From Candidatus Melainabacteria bacterium 17Bon1m (GTDB lineage: Bacteria > Cyanobacteriota > Vampirovibrionia > Obscuribacterales > Obscuribacteraceae): a stretch of DNA of 22,469 bases. Each line of letters begins with the position of its first letter. Position 1 is the first letter of the stretch. The stretch lies in contig JAVLKG010000024.1 in NCBI GenBank assembly GCA_032128875.1, forward strand, positions 1 through 22,469, given 5' to 3'. The notes under the pieces are model-generated. The model ran no database searches, had not been told where the DNA came from, and was given only the letters and a program-made list of their open reading frames with translations. Of the stretch, positions 1 to 12,000 are shown in pieces. The translations under genes were made by a program, and so were the position numbers.

Positions 1-3000
1 TTCGACACACCCGTTCCGACAGCTCTCAATATCACCAACACCAATGGCACCGTTTCAGCTTTGAATGGTGCCATTAATATTCGCGACCAAAAATTCAATG
101 CTGCGTTTGACTCGAATGTGAATGGTGGCGACTTCTTGTCGAATCAGTTCAACATCAATGCGGGCGGTGGCACCGTAAATGTCAACGTGGATAACCTGAC
201 AGGCGTCGTGAGCGGTGCAGGTTATGGTACGCACGTCACTGTCAATAGTGCCGACACCCTCAAACTGGGCGATCTCGATTTCATCGATCCGACTTTCTAT
301 AACTCTGTCGGCAACATAGATATCACTGGCAACATCACCGTTGCCGAAGCGCTGACTATCATTGCGAGCGGAAATATCACCAGTGCTAACGGCGTCACGA
401 TCACTGCTGAAGGCGGTGCCGGTGGTTTCCCAATTACTTTGATCGCTGGTGCGAATGTTTCGGGAGGAACTGATCAATCAACAGTCCCACCGATCAGTGC
501 TGGTTCTATTGGTACGATCAACGGCACATTGATTAACTCGGCAACCGGCGGTAACGTAGCACTTGGTACAGGCGTGACAATTAACGCTACTCAAGTGACA
601 GGTCCGCTTCCAGCTGACTTCAGTGGTGCGGATGTAAACATAATTGCTCTTGAAGGGACTGGCCTGACGAATGGTAACGTGTCTCTCGGTGGAGTCACCA
701 TCAATACTGGTGGTGGCGGAACTGGAGCCAACGGGAATGTCAATATTTTTGCTGGCGGAGACGGTGCAAAAACTATTGGCGCCATCAATACGGCCGGCGG
801 TTCTGGAACGGCTGGGAATGTAAATATCGTGATGGCTCAGGCCGTCAACTCATCACCCGGCGTGGATATCGTATATAACGCTAACGGTAGTCTCGGGGCC
901 GGCGGAAGCCTGGTTGCCGGTACTATTTTTGGCACTGGCACGACCACACTCGCCGGCACTATTACAGCCGGTAGTGGTTCTGTGGTCGCTAGTGCAGCTG
1001 ATGATATCAACGTCACAGGTGCTATAGCTGGCAACAGCATTCAAGTCACCACCACCACCGGTAGTGGTGGCGATATCCAGTTGAACAACACTCTGACCAG
1101 CAGTGGTGCTAGCAATCAAGTCGTGCTGCTGGCTGATGGGTCGATCACTGGGACTTCAACAGTTACGGGTACAACAGTCTCTCTGACAGCGACCAATGGA
1201 AATATTGGTACGAGCTCAGTGTCGCGTGTCAGCACGAATGCGGGTTCTCTTAGTGCAACAGCCAACGCAGCGACAGTCGGAAATGGCAATGTCTGGATCA
1301 ACGAAGCCGATGCAGTAAACCTCAACGCAAGTTCGGCCGACAAGCAATTCCTTTTGAATACGCTTGCTGCTGGTGATTTAGATGTTCAAGGAGCTGTCAC
1401 CGGCAACGACATTCAATTGACGACATTTGCTACAGGCGGCGGCAATATTCTTTTGAGCAACACCGTGACCAGCAGCGGCGGCAGCGACCAGGTCGTGCTA
1501 ACTGCTGATGGTTCGATCACTGGATCATCGACGGTTTCGGGAACAACAGTTTCTCTGACAGCGACCAATGGCAATATTGGTACGAGCGCAGCTTCACGTA
1601 TCAGCACGAATGCGACAAACCTTGACGCAACAGCTACTGCTGCGACAGCTGGAAATGGCAGCGTTTGGATCAACGAGGCAGATGGTGTAACGCTCACTGG
1701 AGGTTCTGCCAACAAGCAATTCCGTTTGAACACGCTTGCTGCTGGTGATTTAGATGTCCAAGGAGCTGTCACTGGCAACGACATTCGATTGACGACTTTT
1801 GCCACAGGCGCTGGCAATATTCTTTTGAACAACACCGTGACCAGCAGTGGTGCCGGCAATCAAGTTGTGCTTTCTGCCGATGGTTCTATCACTGGAGCAT
1901 CGACGGTTTCGGGAACAACAGTTTCTCTGACTGCTACTAGTGGAAATATTGGTTCGGGCGCAGGAGCAAGAATAAGCACGAATGCAACTAATCTGAGTGC
2001 AACAGCCAATGCAGCGACAGTCAGCAACGGCAATGTCTGGATCAACGAAGCCGATGGTGTAGTACTCAATGCAAGTTCGGCCAACAAGCAATTCCTTTTG
2101 AATACGCTTGCTGCCGGTGATGTTGATGTGCAAGGAGCTGTGACAGGCAACGACATTCAATTGACGACGTTTGCCACAGGCGCTGGCAATATTCTTTTGA
2201 ACAACACGATCACGGGCACCGGCACAGGCGATCAGGTCGTGCTTTCTGCAGACGGTTCGATCACAGGAACTTCAACAGTCACCGGTACGACAGTTTCGCT
2301 GACAGCGACCAATGGAAATATTGGTACAAGCGCAGCATCACGTGTTAGTACCAATGCGACAAACCTCGACGCAACAGCCAATGCAGCGACAGTCGGTAAT
2401 GGCAATGTCTGGATCAACGAAGCCAACGGAGTAAGCCTCAACGCAAGTTCGGCCAACAAGCAATTCCTTTTGAATACGCTTGCTGCAGGTGATGTCGATG
2501 TGCAAGGAGCTGTCACTGGCAACGACATTCGATTGACGACGTTTGCTACAGGCGGCGGCAATATTCTTTTGAACAACACCCTGACTGGAACTGGCGTCGG
2601 CAATCAGGTTGTGCTTTCTGCAGATGGTTCGATCACAGGTGCATCGACTGTTTCGGGAACTACAGTTTCGCTGACAGCGACCAATGGAAATATTGGTACG
2701 AGCGCAGCAGCACGTGTCAACACGAATGCGACTAATCTTAATGCAACAGCTAATGCAGCGACAGTCGGCAACGGCAATGTCTGGATCAACGAAGCCGATG
2801 GAGTAAACCTCAACGCAAGTTCGGCCAACAAGCAATTCCTTTTGAATACGCTTGCTTCAGGTGATGTAGATGTGCAAGGAGCTGTCACAGGCAACGATAT
2901 TCGATTGACGACGTTTGCTACAGGCGGCGGCAATATTCTTTTGAACAACACGCTCACGGGCACAGGCACAGGCGATCAAGTCGTGCTTTCTGCGGACGGT

Positions 3001-6000
3001 TCGATCACAGGAACTTCAACAGTCACCGGTACGACAGTTTCGCTGACAGCGACCAACGGAAACATTGGTACGAGCGCAGCTAGCCGCGTTTCCACTGCTG
3101 CAGGCTCATTGGCACTCACCGCCAATTCCGCGCTTGTCGGACAAGGTAATGCCTGGGTTAATGAAGCAAATGCTGTTTCGATTCTTGCTTCATCGGTCGA
3201 CAAAGAATTGAGAATTGACACTACCGCCAACGGCACAATGAGTGTAGACGGCGCAGTGAGCGGCAACGTAATTCAATTGACTACAGCCGGCGGCAGCACG
3301 AACCATATAGACGTCAATGCAACCATCACCGGAACAGGCACCAGCACGGTCGGACTCTCGGCCGGAGGCACTGGAAGAATTAGGGGCAGTGCTGTTGTCA
3401 GCGGAACAACTGTCAATGCAGTCGGCGGCGGCGGAATTGATGGCGGCACTTCATTCAGCGGTACGACAGTTTCACTCACTGCTACCACTGGTAATGTCGG
3501 CACAAGCGCTGCTTCGCGCGTCAACACGACTGCAACAAATCTCGATGTCACAGCTAATGATGTGACAGTCGGCAATGGAAACGCTTGGATCAACGAAGCC
3601 AACGGCGTAAGCGTCAACGCGAGTTCCGTCAACAAGCAATTCCTTTTGAACACGCTTGCTGCCGGCAGTATTGATATAGACGGTGCAGTCTCGGCCAACG
3701 ATGTTCAGTTGACCACATTTGGTGCAGGCCAGGCGATTAACGTGAATTCCACGCTCTCCGCTCCGTCCGTCACTCTCAATTCTGATGTTTTCAATATGAC
3801 CGGCTCTATCAATGCCGGAAGCGGTACCGTCACTATCCGTCCGATCACGAACGGCACAACTATTAGTGTTGCAGGTGGTGCTGCCACCCTAGATATATCT
3901 TCCACGGAATTGGCAAATATAACCGCCGGAACTTTGGTAGTTGGAGATAGAACTCTCAATGGTGGCATTACAGTAGGTGGCAACATTGATGTGTCCGGCG
4001 TAGGTGCTGGCGCATACAACCTGACTTTCCTCAACAACGGCAATTTCACTAGTGCCGGACAAACGATCACTCTGGGTGACAAGAATCTAGTAATAGATGT
4101 TGGCGGTTCAATCACAACCGGGACAGTCAACTCGACTAGTGGCAATGTTGACCTGGATGCCGTTGTAAACATCACTACCGGCACGACTACAACAACTAGC
4201 GGCAACGTCACGTTCAACGCAAACAACAATATCAACGCAGGCACGACATCGACCGACAGCGGCAACATCACGATGGATGCCGGCAATAACATCGTCACTG
4301 GTGCGACCTCAACCAACACAGGCACTATTAGTCTCGATGCTGGTGGAACAGTTTCCGTCGGCGACATCGTGAGCAATGAAGATGTGATTCTCATCACAGT
4401 CGGAACACTCAACGTAGCTAACATCACAACCACAGGCGATATCTACCTCAAGTCAACTGCTGGCGGCATCAACACCACCGGTGACTTGCTCGCAGATCCA
4501 ATCGTTATGATCAGCGCGTTGACCATCAGCTTGGGTGGTGACGTGACTGCCAATGACGGCATCTTGATGGTCAGCGGACAGAACATCATCACTTCGGCTG
4601 TCGGTGCTATCAATATAAATGGTTCCAGCACCGTCGGTGACGCCGGAGCTGTTACTCTCGTGGCAGGTGCGAACTTCACCGACCTAGGTATCGGCAACAC
4701 CGTTGTAATCAACGGCGCATCCGCTACAGGCGGCAACATCGACTTTACCCAAGCCGGTGGCCTCAATAGCATTACTTCCGATAGTTCTTTCGCCGGCGGA
4801 AGCGCCGGGAATATGAATCTGATCGCATACGGCACTGGAGCCGGCCTAAATGGTCGTGTCCTACTGCCGACTTCGTCGACCATTGTCACCACAGGTAATG
4901 GCGCCGGAACGAATGGAAATCTTACGGTTGTAGCCGGTGGCAACAATGCTGGCAACGGCGTTCAGCTTGGTACGATCGTCACAGCGCTTGCTGGCACCGG
5001 CGGCGATGTGGACATCTTCACGGCTGCTCCTGGAACAGGCGTCACCATCAGTCAGAACGTAGCTGATACAGGCGCGGTTACCGCAGGAACCTTCCTGGGC
5101 GGTGCAGCTCGCACCGCTAACATCACCACTGCCGACATAACTTCCGTCGGTGCTGATGTAACTGCAACAGCTGGACGCAACGCAACTTTTGGAAGCGTTA
5201 CGTCGGACACCATGGCACTCACTGCTACCACAGGCAGTCTGGCTTCGACTGGAATCATTTCAGCTACAACCAGTGTTTCACTCACAGCGAGAAACAGCAT
5301 CACTAATGCTCAATTTGCTGGTGGAATCAGCGCGCCGTCGCTCTCACTTACTTCAACCATCGGCAGCATCGGCGCTAGCGGCGATGCCCTTGTCGTGGAC
5401 GCTGCAACTTTGAGTGCCAATTCAACCATTGGCTCAGTATTCATTGCCAATCTGGCGCAAAACATACTTCTTAATGCGTCTAGCGGCAGCACATTCGAAT
5501 TGACTAGAACCAGTGCTCTGGCTGGTGACATAACTGTCAACGGACCATTGCAAGGCAACAATGTCAGCTTGATCAACGCAGCCGGCAACGGCGGAGTTGT
5601 CGTTAACGACACAATCAGCGCAATCGGTGGCGGCAATGCCACATCGGTTACTTTGACGGCAACCGGCAGCGGCGCAATCAGCACAGATGGTGCCGCGATC
5701 TCGACAAATGCCCTCAACCTCACTTCAGGTAGCGGCGACATTGGCGCCGGCACGGCAATCAATACAAGTGCCAACTCGCTTACTTTCAACACGACCGGTG
5801 ACGTATCGATCACGGATACGCGCAGCGGTACCGTAACGCTCAATGCTTCATCAGCCAACGACGCAACAGTCAACCTGACGACCAACAACTCAAGTTTGGT
5901 AATTGCCGGCAATATCGATGCTGCAAACAACTTGACCTTAACCACAGCAGCAGCAGGCACTGGAAACATCTCCCGCACTGGTGCCAGCGTCTTGAGCGCA

Positions 6001-9000
6001 GGCAACTTGCTTACATTGGCTGCCGGTGGAAACATCGGAAGTCTGGCGACTCCGATTCTTACTTCAGCCGCTTTGCTCGACGCTCAAGCGGGTGCCGGAC
6101 GCAGCATCTTCATTTCTGAAAGCGATAGCGTTTTCATCCAAAATCTCTCCGCAGGCAATGCAATCAACGTAGCTGCCGGCGGCACGATGACAATCAATGG
6201 CATGTCTGCCAACAACGTCACCTTGAGCACCACCAATGGTGGCGATATCGTGCGCGCGTCGGGAACCATAACAGCGACAACTCTGGCTCTTTCTTCCGAT
6301 TTCGGCAATATTGGTCAGACTCCGGCGGCCTTCATCACCACCACCGCCAGCAGCATCTCAGCCAACACGGCTGGCACGGTGCTCATTAGTTCTTCTAATG
6401 CAGGTACGACAAGTTTCGGAACAATCAGCGGCAGTGCAGTTGCTCTTCTCACCGCTGGCAACATGAACCTTTCGCAAGACGTGACCGGTACCACCAGCGT
6501 TTTCTTGCAAACCTCCGGCGCCGGTAACATCTCTCAGACACCGGGAACCAGCATCAATACATCCAGCCTGTCACTTAATTCGACGACCGGCAGTTTTGGT
6601 TCGCAAACCAGCTTCATCAATACAAATGCGTCCCAGGTGCGCGTGACCACGACGGGTGCTGGTGATGCGTTTGTTCACTCCACCAATTCCGTATTATTGC
6701 TCGGCAGCTCCGCTGATACATTCACTCTCGTCAGCGACGGCAGCATCGTTCAGGAGTCTGCCTCGACGACTTCGTCTAACAACCTGACTTTGCAGACGAC
6801 AAATAACGGAAGCATCACGCTTGACGGAACCATTCAGGCTCTTGCTGTAGGAGCTATGTCGGTCAACCTTCTTGCAAATGGAAGCGGCAACATTGTTCGC
6901 AATAGCGGAGCAATTACAAATGTCGGCCAAGACGTAACTCTGGTAGCTACTTCCGGCAGCGGCAACATCGGCAGTGGGGCAAATCGCCTGACTGTTGTAG
7001 GTGCCAATAGCAGCATTGCCGCAAACACATCAGGCAACGTATACCTCGATGTGACCGGAGATGCTCAGGTCTCCGGATCTGCTTCGGCTGCGCCAAGCAC
7101 CTTCAATGTGCTCGGTAGCGCAACTCTGGATTTCGGCGCTGTTAATGCGGGCAGCATCGTTGCTGTATCAACTGGCGGTCCAATCCTTGTACAGGGTTCC
7201 ATGACCAGCGCATCAACGACTGCTTTGACGGCTGGGGCGGGAAGTGACATTAGCTTCTTGGCTTCTGGAAGTATTACAGCTCCTACCTCCATCACTTTGA
7301 CTGTTTCCGGTGCGGGCGGAGAAATCATCAACGGTGTGGGTGCATCAGCATTCCTCAGCACTAATACATTGAATGCCAGCTCAGGAGCCGGTTCGATTGG
7401 CGTGACCAACAACCTGTTCACCAATGCAGCCAACATCAATGTGTCGACGACTGGCGGCAATATTGCCATCACAGATAATCTCGCGGGTGTAATTTCGCTC
7501 AATACACTCAATGCTGGTGCCGGCAATGCAACATTCGTTGCCACTGGTGTCGGCAACACGATCGACGTCGTCGGTACGGTTTCTGCTAATAACCTCAGTC
7601 TCTCAACCAATGGCGGCACTAACGGCAATATCACACTGACCAACGGTGTTACTGGAACGACTTCCGTTACCTTGTCGGCAAATGGCTCAGGAAGCATTTC
7701 CGGCAGCGGTCTGATCAACGCTCCAACTGTTACTCTCACTTCTGGTACGGGCAACATCGGTACGTTCTCCACCCGCGTTCAAACAAACGCAGCAAACCTG
7801 ACGGCTAACACAGCTGGGCAGGTTTGGATTAACGACATCAACGGAGCGGGAATCAACCTTGGTCTCTCCTCTGGTTCCAGTTTCAACCTGAGCTTTGATT
7901 CCGATCTGAACGTCAATGGTGCCATCACCGGCGCTACCATCGCCTTGACTGCCAATGGCGGGTCTGGTGCGGGTGTCAATCTCAGTGCTCCTATCACAGG
8001 CACTACTTCCGTCACTATCGCTGCGGACGGTGCTGGTGAAATTCAAAACCTTATTGGCGCCGCTGCGGTGATTACTGCTCCTACCGTCGCCCTCAGTTCC
8101 GGAAGTGGCGACATTGGCGCTCCCAATCCGCCAGGACCGAATTTCCCGATTTTCGTCAACGCTACAAACATCAGCGCAACGACAACCGGATCTATCTATA
8201 TCAACAACATCAACACCGGCACGGTGAATATCGGACCGCTCAGCGGCGATAACTTGTTCTTCACCAATGGTGGCACCATCAACGTCGTCGGCATTCTCGA
8301 TTTCATCACTGATGTCAGTTTGATCACGACGAATAACGGTTCGATCAATGTCGGGTTCAACATTCTCGCCGGCAACTCCATCACTCTTACTGCCGGTGGC
8401 AACGGTTCGGTCACACAAGCGGCCGGAACTATTTTGCAAACACCGACGCTCACCGTTAGTTCTTCAACCGGCAACCTTGGCTCGTCCACCAATCAAATCA
8501 ACACCAATGCTTCCACCCTCACCGCCTTCACTGGCGGCAGCGGCAACGCATGGATTACTGATATCAATACCGGCAATATCTTGTTAGCCGGCACCAGCGG
8601 TGCAGGCGGCACGTTTACTTTGACGGCAACAAACGCCGCTGGTACGTCAGTGACGACCGACGTCGGTGGTGTGGTGCAAGGTAATACTGCAGTTATCACT
8701 TCGCTCAACGGCAGCGTTGGAACCTTGGGTGCCAATCTGGCTACCGATTTGGTCAATTTGCAGGTGACCGCTCCAGTCAACGTATTCGTCAACGATGCAG
8801 GAAGCTTGAATTTGCTTGCCTCTTCTGCGGGCAACGGAGCTGGTAACACATTCTTCGTCAACACCAACGGCAACCTCACCAGCACCGGTGTAATCAGCGG
8901 TAACGCAGTTACACTCCGAAACTCATTCACATCAGGCGGTTCGATAACATTGGGCGCGGCTGTCAATGCAGTCACAAACATTGCTCTTATTTCGGATGCG

Positions 9001-12000
9001 TCGCTTGTTGACGGTGCCTTCACCGTACTCAACGCTCCGAATGTTGCCCTTGCTTCGCTTAGCGGCGACGTCGGCACCGCCGGTAATGCATTGGATCTCA
9101 CTTCTACAAACGTGCCTTCTACAACGACCTTTGCTTTCTCGGCACTGGGCGGAGATGTAAATGTAAGCAGCACGCTTGCTTCGGCTGTTAGCCTCAATTC
9201 AATTGTGGCAGCAGGCTTCGGCGGTGTAGATAACGAGGCTGCAGGCAATTACAGCTTCTCGAGCGCCGGCAATGTAAGCGTCGACGGAACAGTGACCTCT
9301 ACAGGTGGCGACATTGCTGTCACCTCTACCGGTGGTGACCTTACAACCAACGCCGTTGTGTCCAACACTAGCCTTGGATCGATCAGCCTTAACGGCGTTA
9401 ACGTAACAACCAACGCTGGAGTGACCGGCAATGGTGCAGTCACTTTGACTGGTACCACCAACGTCACGACCAATTCGCTGGTCTCCGGCGATATCGTCAC
9501 TCTCAATGCAGTTGGCGGTGCGCTTGACGTCAACAGCAATGTTGATGGAACCACGTCCATTAACCTCAGCTCCGCAGCTGACATAACCAACACCACTATT
9601 ACTGGTGCGGTTCTCACGACCCCTCAATTGAATTTGACCTCAACGGCTGGCAGCATTGGTTCGGTAGGAAGCCGTCTGGCGCTTACTGACGGTGTCAATG
9701 TGACCGACCCTCTGAGCATGACGCTCAACGCTACTGGTAATGCATATGTCAGCTACACCGGCGCGGATCTGACCATTGGCGGTGGAAAATCCACTGTTGC
9801 CGGCGTCTTCGACGTAAGCTCGACTGGCGATTTGACCACCACTGGCGACATCGATCCGACGGATGTGGTTCTGCATTCCGACGGCGACATGCTGCTCAAC
9901 TCAGTAATCTCGGCGACCAACTCGATCACCTTGACCGCAGTTGGCAATATCGACAACCCATTGGGTTCTCTGCAAACACCTGGAATCTTGACTGCAACTT
10001 CCGATACCGGCTGGATCGGTACGAATGCGGTGCGCCTCAACACCCAGGTCGGAACAATCGCACTGCACGCCACTCTTGACGGTGCTTATGCGACTAACAC
10101 CGGCGGAGACTTGATCGTCAATCAGTCGAATGCAGCGAATGATCTCTGCATCGACACCGAAGGCACGATGACTGTTGCCGGTGCACTCACCGGAAACGGC
10201 GTCAGCTTGTTGGCTACGACTGCCGGTTCTTTGAATGGCGATGTCTTGCTCAATGCAAGCGTCACAGCCTCCGGTCCTAACTCTCTGGTTGATATCGATG
10301 CTGACCGTGACGTGATAAGCACGGCTCCTGGCACAATCAGCGGCAACACCATCCTTGTATCTGCAGGACGTGATTTGACTGTCGGCGGTGCAATCACTGG
10401 AACCATGGAAGTTGGCGATGCCAGCGATTCCAGTCTGGTGCTCACTGCAACCGGCGCTTTCAGCAACACCGCAGGTATCTCGGGCAATTCAATCTCGGTA
10501 AATGCTGACACGATTCAGCTCAACGCTCTCGTGCAAGGCGTCAATGCCAACAACGTGGTTGATCTCACCGCAAATCAAAGCATCACCGGAGCTAACATTA
10601 ATGGCAACATTTCTGCTGAGACACTGAACCTGACTTCAGTTACCGGCGACATTGGTGGTCCTTTGGTAGCAGAACTTGTTCAGACGTCTGTAAACTTCCT
10701 CAGCCTCAATGCTGCAGGAGATGCATTCGTACTCAACAGCGGTAACGTCGCTCTCAATGCTTCCACCGTTGGTGGCATCCTCAGTCTCCAGACTGAGGCA
10801 ACTCCTGGTGATGGCGGTGATATCACAATCAGCGGCGCAATAAATGCCTCGTTTGTGGATATCAGCGCGAACGCAGGCGGCGTCAATGCCGGTAATCTGG
10901 CAATCAACGCAGCAGTTAATGGAACCAGTGACGTGTTCCTTACCGGAGCCAACAACGTAACCAGCACCGCGTCCGGTGTGGTTACCTCGCTCAACATCAA
11001 CATCACCGCTATAGCCGGCGATATGACTCTGGCCGGTAACGTAGGAACCGCTGGAGTTGGCACAGTCACGCTTACTGCCGGCAACGATGTGACGACCACT
11101 ACCGCTACCGTTGAAGGCAATGTCATCGACATAACGGCCACCGGCGGAGCTATCGCTCTGGGCAGTGCGGTCACTTCTTCTGGAGCAGGCAATTCCACGT
11201 CACTCACTTCGAATGACGACATCAATGCCGCTGCCGTTTCGCAAGTGACAGCGACAACTCTCAATCTCACTTCTACTGCCGGAAACATCGGCGTTGTCGG
11301 AACGCCAGTTTCCACAAGCGCTTCGTTTATTTCGCTCAACTCGTTTGGTGACGCGGTCATCGAACAAGATGGTGCTGTTTCCGTTCTTTCCTCCAATATT
11401 GGTGGCGATTTGAGCTTCACTACGGTAGGAACCGGCGGAGGTATCACCTTCTCCGGCGTCGTTACCGTTGCTGATGATGCAACCATCGCGACCGGTGGAA
11501 CCAATGGCGGCGACATTACGTTTGACGCTCAGTTCAATGCCAATGGTTTGAACGCCAGCACCCTCACCGGCGACATCAATGTCAACGCAGCTCTGGTAGG
11601 CACCGGTGTAAGCCCGACCATCACTCTCAATTCCGATCAAGCTCTGACGTCCACTGCAGGTGGAACCATTGCAGCCAACCTCATCAGCTTGACGGCTGCG
11701 ACAACCCTCACTCTTGGCGCAGCAGTAACAGCAAGCGGCATAGGCAACAGCATCTCGCTAACGTCTGGCAACGATATTGTTGCTGCCACTGTTGGCTTTG
11801 TCTCAACCAACGATCTGTTTATGCAATCGACCGGCGGCAGCATCGGTTCTAGCGGCAGTCACGTAGTGACCGCTGCAGACGTCCTGCGCGCGATTGCCGC
11901 AAACAACGTCTACATCGACTCTACAGTTCCGGTCATCCTGGGCAACTCGTCCGCGGGTGCAACTTCGACGTTCAGTCTGGAAACGGTAGACGCTGGCGAA

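Noticed and set aside
1003-3720. CRISPR array or DGR template/variable repeat interpretation of the 372-bp repeats
   Set aside because: There is no repeat-spacer alternation, and the unit is a multiple of 3 and coding. Differences are not adenine-specific and include many third-position changes. No reverse transcriptase or cas gene is in the window.
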